Counted from the first letter of the stretch, positions 1 through 9,888 are shown. The stretch is DNA of 15,157 bases from Zygophlyctis sp. KS116 (GCA_054661495.1 BAAFSQ010000240.1:1-15157); one strand, 5' to 3'. A program made the numbers and translations. The notes: a model not told the origin generated them from the sequence alone.

Positions 1-52
1 GGGTCTTTATAAATGGTACCAACAGGAAGTCTTCATGCATTACAAAATGTAA
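1..52 (+). CDS. Possible 3' end of a gene entering from the left edge (…GLYKWYQQEVFMHYKM*)
   Basis: Open frame 2-49 ending in TAA at 50-52 with protein-like composition; too short to identify. Confidence 0.25.
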   Translation, partial: GLYKWYQQEVFMHYKM

Positions 53-186
53 ACTACTTCAAACTCACAGTTTACAATTTGTAATATTCTGATTGAAAGC
101 GATTACAATTTGTAATTCTTGTTTTCAACTTGTAATTTCCATTGTTTACGACTGAACTTGTAAACAAAAACATTTAAAAGTTGTAA
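40..186. repeat. Cluster of palindromic TTACA-N3-TGTAA motifs
   Basis: Perfect copies at 40-52 (ttacaaaatgtaa), 72-84 and 103-115 (ttacaatttgtaa). Degenerate copies retaining TTGTAA at 123-135, 151-163 and 174-186. Confidence 0.75.
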
Positions 187-311
187 TGGCCGACGATATT
201 TTAAATGGATTTGCAACATTTCAGCTCTCAATGATGAGCAGCTCAAACAAGAAATAAAAGCGTATAATCAGGCTTTTTGCAAACAATGAATGAACTATCA
301 GAGAAGAAATC

Positions 312-1269
312 TTAATCCTTGACTTCCAAATCAGATTTTTGAAACTGGAAAGTACTGATAGGGATAATATGAGCTCTAGAAGCATATCTGGAAGAGATTT
401 TGTCATATATCTGAGCTCCAGTATCCTTATCTATACTGATTGGAATATTCTCGCAACCAATACTGATTCCTATCAATCCACTAGTTGACTTATCAAAGCA
501 AGGACCACCAGAATCACCGGGATTTGCTCCAGCCGACCCCAATAAATGTCCGAGTTTGTTTAGACGGGAAGTACTGATAACACCTTTGGATATTGAAAAA
601 GGGGATTCTTGCTGAGTAGTTGCCGAAAGCCCCAACTGAATATATCCACGGCCATCTGCTATAACTACCCATGTTGGCTCGTCCTGACACAAATCAATAG
701 AACTTTCCAACATCACCCAATCATTTTTGGCACGCATATCGAGCACTTTGACATCATAACTCATATCTCCTTCAACAGAGTAGATTTTTATAATTGAGCC
801 AAGTGTAAGAGTTTGATGCTCGCCGTGGGCAAAAGTAACGGCTCTTCTCTTTTCGATGACTGTGACGCACCCCCAGTTGAGAGTTCTTAATAGATATTGC
901 TTGGTTTTCGCAATCAATTTCTCGATTTCTCTTCCTTTGGGTAGTTCTTCTGATATTAGAACTTTATAAATTAAAATACCTTTTTCAACAAGTGTTGAAC
1001 AGACAATGAGTGGATTTCCATCAGAATTTCCTTCCAAGTAATCAGCAGGAGAGGCTCCAACTTTAATTTCTGTATTTGCATTAGATGTGTAGAGAGTTAT
1101 GGGAGTGTTTTGAGGGATGGCAAGTTCTGGATTTTTTCTTATAGCACCTTAATATTATCCTTTTAATGATACCTTTAAAGTCATCCACATATTCACAACC
1201 ATCGATAGAGACTCTAGTAGGCCCAAATGTCTTTGCAGGCGTCGCATGAGCAACCCAAAGTTTTGACAT
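312..1269 (-). CDS. Crinkler (CRN)-like N-terminal header fused to a trypsin-like serine protease, 300-310 aa
   Basis: A 25-nt intron at 1148-1172 (GTATC…TAAG) joins ORF 1081-1269 to ORF 312-1037, giving MSKLWVAH…TRVSIDGCEYVDDFKGAIRKNPELAIPQNTPITLY…GNSDGNPLIV. A probable second, in-frame 30-nt intron lies at 950-979. The protease triad appears intact: AVTFAH, NDWVML, GDSGGP. No hydrophobic signal peptide. Confidence 0.75.
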
Positions 1270-1421
1270 TTTAGTTTTGTTTTTTAGTGGGAAAAGTCCT
1301 CTCGAATTTCACACTTAATTGATAAGAAAACATATTAAACTGGACTGGATTTATTTAAGAATTATCAATTTGGATGAAATAAAACGGTATCATTCGGTGT
1401 TCTTTATACTACTGACGCTAG

Positions 1422-1521
1422 TATTATAGAAATTAACAGATTAAAGAATGAAAATTTAGAATTAAGTAGAGAAGTCACCTATCTCAAGAGATTAATTCTA
1501 CAAATTCACAAGGAAATTTAA
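1422..1521 (+). pseudogene. Orphan C-terminal leucine zipper of a bZIP-like protein (IIEINRLKNENLELSREVTYLKRLILQIHKEI*)
   Basis: Heptad with L/L/L/I at d, I/N/V/I at a and E at g positions. No in-frame ATG or basic region upstream (stop at 1375). TAA at 1519-1521. Confidence 0.55.
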
Positions 1522-2183
1522 ATTTTAAGTTTATTTGCTATTAATAGTCCAGATTCAACTTCAGATTTTGGATTTTTAGAAATATTACTTGAAAATGACT
1601 GTTTAGATCTTTTAGATTTGATTTCATTTTTTAATTTTGAATCAAACTTTCCAAGAGATGCAGTAGATTTCTTTGAATGCAAAAATCGTTTTTCTACTAG
1701 AGATTTTGGATCTAATCTTGCAGTATTCTTGTCTTGTTGTTTAGTAATTTTATTCTTTTTTGCCAAGGCCTCTTCAGATTTAAGTTCATACATGTCTTTA
1801 GATTCATGATGATATTTAGAAGGTACTTCAATACACCAATCAGAGATTGGATCTTTAGATTTATAGCCCCAAGCAGGACGAATTTCCCCATCTTTGACTT
1901 TAGAAAGAGTCTTTTTCCTAGATTTAATACCCTTTTTAGCAGCAAATGATTCCCATTTAGTAGGTGGCTTAGCTTTTGGAAGTGGTTTAGATCTTGGATA
2001 CTTGCTTGCATCATAGTCTGGTAAAATAATTTCCAATTGATCATTTACAACTAATCTTTCAGGAAGTTTTAAAAGAGAATGAATGACTTGAGTAACAGAA
2101 TTTAGAGTTGCATTTACTAAATCAGTCTCTGAATTGAGCTCTACTGGGATTGGATTATGAAAAATCAATTGGTTTAAATCCAT
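1518..2183 (-). CDS. RRS1: Ribosome biogenesis regulatory protein Rrs1, 221 aa, intronless
   Basis: Motifs PRSKPLPKAKPPTKWESFAAKKGI, PAWGYK, DWCIEV and STASLGKFD are characteristic of Rrs1; the protein is Lys-rich. Confidence 0.93.
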   Translation of the reverse strand: MDLNQLIFHNPIPVELNSETDLVNATLNSVTQVIHSLLKLPERLVVNDQLEIILPDYDASKYPRSKPLPKAKPPTKWESFAAKKGIKSRKKTLSKVKDGEIRPAWGYKSKDPISDWCIEVPSKYHHESKDMYELKSEEALAKKNKITKQQDKNTARLDPKSLVEKRFLHSKKSTASLGKFDSKLKNEIKSKRSKQSFSSNISKNPKSEVESGLLIANKLKI

Positions 2184-2333
2184 TTTTTACGATTTTTCCT
2201 GCGCAGTGAAAATTTAAGGCGTTCAAGGTTCAAAGTTTTGTCAAAGTTTTGTCAAAAGCAAAAGTCTCGGTTCAATCCTGACTCGGGACTAAATTTTTTT
2301 TTGTTTGAAATTTCTCGCGTTGGAGTTTGTAAG
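2184..2333. promoter_or_regulatory. 150-bp divergent promoter between RRS1 and the ADAM gene
   Basis: Lies between head-to-head ATGs. Contains palindrome CTGCGCAG (2199-2206), RRPE-like TGAAAATTT (2207-2215) and TTTCTCGCGT (2311-2320). Confidence 0.6.
2230..2256. repeat. 11-bp tandem repeat (TCAAAGTTTTG) x2.5
   Basis: Copies at 2230-2240 and 2241-2251, partial at 2252-2256. Confidence 0.85.
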
Positions 2334-4923
2334 ATGCTCATTCTCTTGTTTTTCTACTGCATTCAACAGATTTTAGGTCTCACAAGTAATCCGGCATGGA
2401 TAAAAAAATATGATTTTGTTAATATAAAAGCCATAGACACAAAAAATGGTCTAGTTTTGGAATTAAATGCATTCAATTCTACATTTTTACTGAAATTACA
2501 AAATTATAAAGAGAATCTAATATTTCCTGGTGCAATGGTTCATGTTTATGACGGTCAAAATTATAATAGGTTTGCATTGGAACATTATGGACTATATGAT
2601 GGGTTGGTGTTTACTACAAGACAAGAGTCGGTTGGGTGGGCAAGGATAACTCATATAGGGAATGATGAGTATGAAGGTGTTTTTACTACAGATTTAGGAA
2701 TGTATCACTTAAAAGCAATTTCTGTGTATGATCAAAGTAGGAGAGATGATGATGTTATTTTACAATCTCCAGGAGCAAGACATGGAAATTTCACTCATTC
2801 TACACATATTTTAATAAAGGATAGAGATTCATATTTGAATCAATTGTCAGAAAGTGATCATGTTTTATCAAATGTATTATCAGAACAAAGGAATATTGAA
2901 GAGTCTGGTTCACCTTTTTTTCAAATAAATCAGTGTGGTGTCTCTAGTAATTTTGCTTCAAATAAGTCTCAAATCTCTACTTCTAGTTCATTTAGTAATC
3001 TCAATATATTTAAAAGGGCACCAGCAAATTGTCCAAATTCTAAAAAATATGTGTCAATGGCAGCAGTTGCTGATTGTTCATATTATGCAAGGTATCAAAG
3101 TGCTCAAAGGGTTTTAAATCTTATACTAGCAGATTGGTTGGCAGCATCAAAAGTATATGAACAGAGTTTTAATGTTATTTTGACTCTTTCAAAATTGGAT
3201 ATTTTACAAACTTGTGCAACTGATCTATCTACTCCGCTTAATAGGTGGAATCAATTATGTTCAAGGGCATATACAATTCAAAATAGATTAAGTGATTTCT
3301 CTTTTTGGAGAGGTCAACAAAAGGACACATTTGCACTATGGCATCTCATGACAAATTGTCCTACTCAGCCTAGTGTTGGAATTGCATGGGTCAAGACGTT
3401 GTGTCAAAGAAGTGCGCAACAACAGGGTATTTTTTTAATACTGAATTTAGGAAATGAATTTACTTCTGGTGTCGGAGTATCTTCTGTAGTTCCTGTAGAA
3501 TGGAAGGTTGTTGCTCATGAAATTGGGCATAGTAAGTCCTTATACATTTATTTTAGATTTTGGAGCAATGCATGATTGTATTTCCTCGACTTGCCCAGCT
3601 CAGTGTGCAGCTACTAATCCATCTCAATGTTCTTTTTCAGATGCATGTAGGCCTTGCTCTCCAGACTGTGATTGTAAAGGCCAATATAGTATTTCAAATT
3701 TTAATAATTATGTTAGTAATGAACCCTTTGGATACTTCGACTAGTGATATGTTTTCAACTTTTAGCATTGCCGACATTTGCCTAGAAATTCAAGACAAAT
3801 TAGGAACATCTGATTGTCTTTTAGATAGTATTCCTCCTAGTGTTGGAGCTGGGATCTGTGGAAATGGTGTGAAAGAAGGGAATGAAGAATGCGATTGTGG
3901 CTCAGATTGTGCAAATAGTTCTTGCTGTACGACAGAGTGCAAATTAAAAGCCGGTAGCATGTGTGCTGATGAAAATGATTCTTGTTGTTCTGGCTGCAAA
4001 CTACTTGTATTTAGAATTTTTCATTCTTACTTATAGGACAGCTCATTCAAGTGTCGACCAGACAATGGTTTTTGTGACCCGGCTGAGTTTTGTGATGGAG
4101 TAAATGCCGCATGCCCCAAGAATAATTACTTGTCTGATGGCACTTCATGCCAAACCAGTTCAGGACAAACTGCTCAATGCGCCTCTGGCCAATGCACCAG
4201 TCGGTATTCAATTTATATTTATGTATAGAGATCTACAATGTACTGGTAGAGGTCTCATAAATACTGTAAAAGCGTGTGCTTCTTTTTACTTGGAATGTAG
4301 GCTGTACTGCCAAGACAGTAGAGATAATTGTTTGCAATTTAATGGAAATTTTATTGATGGAACACCATGTGGAGACACTGGAAGATGTGCTGCTGGAGTC
4401 TGCACAGGTCAGAATGAGCGTATTTTTTTCTTAAAATAATTTTCTAGTCGGTGAAATTATTGGCTGGATCAAAAGAAACCTCTCATTATCAATTCCCATT
4501 ATTATTGTAGTTGGAGGGGGAATCTTGATGGTCATTTGGGCAGGAATTTCCCGCTGTAGAAACCGTGTTAGAGAAAGGAGATTTGCAAGAGCTTCAAATC
4601 TTCCTCTTGAGCCTCAAAACATCAATGGAAACAATCGTAGAAGTCAACTTGGACCCGAACCAATTGATAAAGATCTTGCATTTCCCGATACTGCTCCTAC
4701 ATATGAACGACAAGAATTGCAAACTTTTCGTAATTCTTCCACACCTGGAAATTTCAGTGGACCTCAACAAGGAACTGCAAGTTGGACAGGATTGCAACCT
4801 TTTGGATTTAATCAAGCACCAACTAATTCAGAATACTCTTCACTTGATCCAGCTCCTCCGCGCACAGACTGGAGTGGACTTGAATGGATAGATGATGGAT
4901 CCTCTAAACCGCCAAAGTATTAA
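2334..4923 (+). CDS. ADAM (disintegrin and metalloprotease), membrane-anchored, about 809 aa, 6 introns
   Basis: Exons 2334-3426, 3451-3531, 3557-3688, 3717-4006, 4037-4203, 4229-4419, 4448-4923. Signal peptide MLILLFFYCIQQILG, putative Cys-switch QCGV and KR processing site. Splicing yields zinc motif HEIGHNFGAMHD and Met-turn YIMNP. Also disintegrin CGNGVKEGNEECDCG, a Cys-rich region, TM segment SIPIIIVVGGGILMVIWAGI and a cytoplasmic tail. Confidence 0.92.
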
Positions 4924-4993
4924 TTTGTAATCAAGAAATAAATGGTGTCATTCAAAATTGATTTATAACTTTTTGGGGCTGGGAACATTTACA

Positions 4994-5802
4994 ATGGCTG
5001 ATCTACTCTTTCCTCCATTCCGATTTTCCACAGTTGAGAACAATCTATTTAGAGGAGCTCTTCCAAAGACTCGCAATCTTTCTTTTATGACTACTTTAAA
5101 TCTTACCACTATAATTTCCTGTATTCCAGAACCAATGCCGGAACACATTTCCCGATTTGCTCAAGAGCAAAACATCAACTTAATATTCTTTAAAACTGAA
5201 AAGCCAAAAGATAATATCCCACTGTCGTTTCCTAAAGTGATTCAAATTCTTCATTTATTATGCGATCCAACGCAAATCATCTACCTGCATTGTCTGGATG
5301 GTGTTTTAGTCACAAGTATAATTATAATGGGATTAAGAAAACTACAAGGTTGGTCTAACGAATCATTTATAAACGAGGCATGCCGATTCTTGAGGGATGG
5401 TACTATTTTATTTTTTAATATCAAATAGGAATGCTATCTGTTGAAGAATCAGAGTTTATCGAGAAATTATCAGGTGAATTTGAAGTTCCAGCTACCATTC
5501 CTAAATGGCTATGGGGAGGAATACCCATAAATAAGCATGGATCTTTCAAGATCAAGTCTAACAATTCAACTAAACTCTATAAATTACTCCCACCAAGTTC
5601 ACAGTTTGAATCTCCATTGGTTTGTGATACTGATTCAAATAATGTATATCTAACTCAGCTAGAAATTGAAAAGGAAGATTTACGGAGGTATGCGTCTAAA
5701 TCTGAATTAACGGCGTCTTTTGTAAAGGATGAGGAGGATGAACAGGATGAAACTGTATCTAGGACATTGGATGCTTTAGATTTGGAAGTTTCTAATTTTT
5801 AA
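4994..5802 (+). CDS. OCA6: Siw14/OCA-family atypical tyrosine phosphatase-like protein, OCA6-like, about 259 aa, 1 intron
   Basis: Exons 4994-5399 and 5429-5802 (29-nt intron). Motifs PPFRFSTVENNLFRGALP, HCLDG and LRKLQGWS. It lacks the CX5R Arg, as does yeast Oca6. Confidence 0.75.
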
Positions 5803-5884
5803 TGTACTAATTAAAGAGGCGGATTTTGTTAATTTACTTAAGTCATAAAGTCACGCTGAAACCACCCCCGACTGACAAATATAA

Positions 5885-8638
5885 ATGAATAGAAAGTTTG
5901 TGATTGGTATTTGTGCAATGGACTCAAAGGCTAGATCTAAACCAATGAGAGATATTCTTAATCGATTATTAAATGAGGAATTTGAGGCTCTAATCTTTGG
6001 AGATAAAGTTATTTTAGATGAAGAAATTAGCTCTTGGCCATGTTGTGATTTTCTGATTTCCTTTCATAGCAAAGGATTTCCACTGGAAAAGGCGATTGAA
6101 TATGTTAAACTACGGAAGCCAATCTGCATTAATGATTTACTGATGCAGCCGTTATTATGGGATAGGAGATTAGTACTACATGTTCTAGATATGGCAGGTG
6201 TGCCTACACCAACTAGGATCATATCAAATATTGGGAATGATTATCCTCATTTTTCTCCTGATATGCTACAAAAAATTTCAGATCTTGGAATTAATTTGTC
6301 TCAAGAGCCGTCGGTTGTAATTCAAATTGATTCGGAGACTATTCAATTAGGATCTGTTATTCTCAAAAAACCATTTGTAGAGAAGCCTGTTAATGGTGAT
6401 GACCATAATGTTTACCTGTATTATTCAAAGAGTCAAGGAGGGGGAGTAAGGAAAATGTTTAGAAAGGTTGGAAATCAATCAAGTTTATTTTGTCCTGATG
6501 AATGGCAGATTAGAACTGGTAATTCATTTATATACGAAACTTTTTTGGAATCAACAAATGCGGAAGATGTTAAAGTATACACAGTTGGTGAAACTTTTGC
6601 TCATGCAGAGACTAGAAAAAGTCCTGTGGTAGATGGACTGGTCCGAAGTAATAAAGTTAAATAATTGAAAATTAGGAAATGCTAATGGTAAAGAAATTCG
6701 GTATGTTATCCCCTTGACACAAGAAGAATTCAAAATTTCAATGTCAGTATCAAAAATCTTTAAACAGGCAATCTGCGGATTTGATTTATTAAGAACTGAT
6801 GGAAAATCGTTTGTTATTGATGTTAATGGCTGGTCTTTTGTTAAAGGAAATGAGTCTTATATAGAAGAATGTTCACGGATACTCAAGAAAATATTTCTGG
6901 ATGCTTCAAAGGAAAAAGGTCAAATGATGGCGTTGACGAGTCATCCAGAACAATGGAAATTAAAAGGATATTTCTCGGTTATGAGACATGGAGATCGTAC
7001 TCCAAAGCAAAAAATGAAGGTATTGCTAAAATTTTAAATTTTAGTTCTTCTTTTCATCACAGGAGTTTTTTGCTTTTTTAGGGAATTCAAAAGATGAAGT
7101 GGTTTTAAAGCGTCAAGAAAATCTCAAAGCAATTCTAGACGCTTGTAATAGAGCGATAGATGAAGGAATTGATGATAAGTATTCTCTTTCCCAACTCAAA
7201 ATGATTCTTGAAGCTAAAATGAGTCTTCCAGGGACTAAAATTCAACTTAAACCAAACTTTAAAAATGGAGATAATAATTTAAAATGCATTGTCAAATGGG
7301 GAGGAGAGTTTACTCATTCTGGATTATATCATAGTCGTGATTTGGCTCAAAACCTTCGAAAAGATTTGTCAATTATAAACAAGAGTCTATTAGAAGATGT
7401 CAAAGTATATACAAGCTCAGAGAGAAGGGTAATAGCCACAGCAGACACCTTTTGCAAGGCATTTTTAGACACTCACGATATCGCTCCTGATTTTATCATG
7501 GTTTCAAAGGAAATGCTTGATGACAGTAATGCTGCAAAAGACTCATTAAGTCTTATCAAGGACAAATTAAGGGATATGCTTAATCCTGAAACTCAAATAA
7601 CTATTCCGGACAACATCATCATTCCTCCAGGAATGGATAATCCCGTGAAAGATCTTCAAGAATTGATCAATATGCTTGCAGAGTTGCGGGTAATAATGCG
7701 AAGCAACTTTGATCGATTGGATGTAACAAAGCTGCAGGTCAGATGGTGCTGCTCTGAATCACCAGAGCTATTTAGAGAAAGATGGGAAAAGTGTAAGATG
7801 AATATTGGTTTAATTCGAAGTGTTCCGAGATTTTTGTGATGTTGAAAGGTGTAATTTTGATACAAGCAAAATAAGTGAATTACATGATTCTCTGAAATAT
7901 GATTTTTTGCATAATCGCAGTTTTATTCAACGTAAGAATTCGATAAAATTAAATAAGTAGTTATTTTTAAGCCTCAGGATTCCGATAATGATATTTTAAG
8001 GAATTTATATAATAAGTCGAAGAGATTCTTTGCTTGTTTTTCGCCACATGAATATGGAATTTCAGATCGGGAGAAACTAGATATTGGGATGATGAATTCT
8101 TTGCATATTTTAAAGCAATTGATAGAGGAAATAACCTTTGCCAGAGATGCAGACAGACCTTGCTCTCGGTTTTTCTTCACAAAAGAGAGCAAAATTATTT
8201 GTCTTTTGAATATTGTGTTGCTATGTGGACTTAAATGCCATGTGAGCCCTGCGGAAATCAAAGAGTTAGACTATCTTACTCAAATAGTCTTTGAGTTGTA
8301 CGAAAGAAAAGGGGTAGAAAACGAGGTAATTTAAAAGAATTTACCTTGTAGTACTCATTAAGGATTGAATTTTCCCCTGGTGCTCATTATTGGAATTTGA
8401 TTGATTTAGAATTAGACAGGTAAATTTTACTTAAATTGATTATTATAGCAAGCATGCATTATCAGCGGCACCAAAATTCTTTATTAGTGATCATATACCT
8501 CTTGAAGAAGCTCTTTTACATTTGAGACCCAAATTGCCAGCACCTGATAGTTTGTCACCTATAAAAATGGGCCGTGTGGACGATGAAGGACTTTTTCAAA
8601 CGATAAGCCCAGACACTGTACGGAAACATGTACGATAA
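5885..8638 (+). CDS. VIP1: Inositol hexakisphosphate/diphosphoinositol-pentakisphosphate kinase (Vip1/Asp1/PPIP5K), about 862 aa, 6 introns
   Basis: Exons 5885-6647, 6676-7019, 7045-7792, 7821-7931, 7961-8325, 8352-8419, 8449-8638. ATP-grasp kinase motifs GICAMDSKARSKPM, KPFVEKP, DVKVY, AETRKSPVVDG and DVNGWSFVK. Histidine phosphatase motifs RHGDRTPKQK, KWGGEFT and SSERRV. Confidence 0.95.
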
Positions 8639-8676
8639 AGACAAAGTAAAAAATAATCCTTCATCTATTCCGATCT

Positions 8677-9753
8677 TTACAATCTTAATCCATTATTTAA
8701 TGTCTGAGAGTTAATTCTATTTACTACCCAATCATAATTTCCATCATTTAAATATCCCATGCCCTGCATGACATTCTCAAACAACCCAAGCAAAAAATTA
8801 AAGTCTTCAGACTCATTGAATGGATGTGATCTAGTTCTTGTGAAGAAGAGATATATCTCTAAGGCATCCGCCAAAGGCTCATACTCTGTCCCTTTTAATT
8901 TCTGACAAAAATCTCGAATACACAAGTCATTCTTTGCTCTGGATATATCCTTATGAGTTCTAAGAGCCCCCCATGGAAGTCCTTTTTTCCCTCCAGCAAC
9001 AAAAAACTAGTCTAAGAAAATCGTAAATCTTACCATAATAACATATCCAATAGACTCTAAATCATCCAACCAACTTGGAAAAGTATTACCAATTGTTTGT
9101 ATTGCCCAAGCCATAAATAAAGGAGTTCCAGTTTGACCTGGAAGTCTTACATCAGGATTAGTAGAATAACCAAAATCAATCAGGTATAAATTTCTACCAT
9201 CCGGACCAATGCAAAAGTTTGATGGCTTAATATCAACATGTACCAGCCCTGTTCTTTCATAAAAATCCCTTGAAGATTTTAATATATTGATTGCTAGCAT
9301 CAAACAAGTTTTTAATGAAAACTTGAAACCACATTTTTCAAATTGCAATGATAGCGGTTCCGATAAATATTCCATAACCAGTACTTTGGATTTCCTGCAA
9401 GCAGATATGAGTTTTGGTGTATTTCCTCTACCGAAAGGATGATCATTCAGCATTTTCATAACATTGAGCTCTGAATTATATTGCTTCTTATCTTTGACTA
9501 CTTTGAGTGCCACAATAGACTCTATACCATCTTCCTTGGCCATAAACACCTCACCGCAGCCGCCTTTACCCAGCTGTCTGATAAAAGTCCAACTTCTCTT
9601 TCCATTATCTGATCGGACTCTTCCTTCAATGACAAACTTTGGTCTTTTTTTACTAGTAGAATCATCTGCTTTTAATGATCGCTTTAAACTCTTTGAAGGT
9701 TTTGGAAGTTCAGGCAGATTGGCCATTATATTGTTATCGCAAACTTGATTCAT
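8677..9753 (-). CDS. Divergent casein kinase 1-group Ser/Thr kinase, about 349 aa, 1 intron
   Basis: Exons 9753-9034 and 9006-8677 (27-nt intron 9007-9033). GKGGCG, VALK, HVDIKPSNF and DFG, plus CK1-type FSLKT, GTPLFMA, DDLESIGY and LPWG. Confidence 0.85.
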
Positions 9754-9888
9754 CAGTGTTATTGTTTGGTATTTGTGTGCATGTGAGACAATAGAAACAA
9801 CGTAAGCGCGAGGAGAAATGAATCGACGTCATGAACGACATAAGCCCATTATTATTACAATTTTAAGTACCGAGGGCTAGTCAACCAA
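9754..9888. promoter_or_regulatory. 135-bp divergent promoter between the kinase and UBA2
   Basis: Lies between head-to-head ATGs and is CpG-rich. Contains CRE-like GACGTCAT at 9825-9832 and GCGCG at 9806-9810. Confidence 0.55.

Noticed and set aside
40-186. CRISPR array
   Set aside because: Repeats are only 13 bp with short irregular spacers, there are no cas genes, and the context is eukaryotic.
186-320. Possible degraded + strand gene (MADDILNGFATF… then, in another frame, SALNDEQLKQEIKAYNQAF)
   Set aside because: Needs a frameshift, is short and has no recognisable homology.
1-1521. A defined transposon carrying the CRN-protease
   Set aside because: No transposase, terminal inverted repeat or target-site duplication is visible in the window; kept only as a hypothesis.
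2238-2333. N-terminal extension of the ADAM ORF from TTG 2238
   Set aside because: ATG 2334 directly begins the signal peptide; the extension is promoter sequence.
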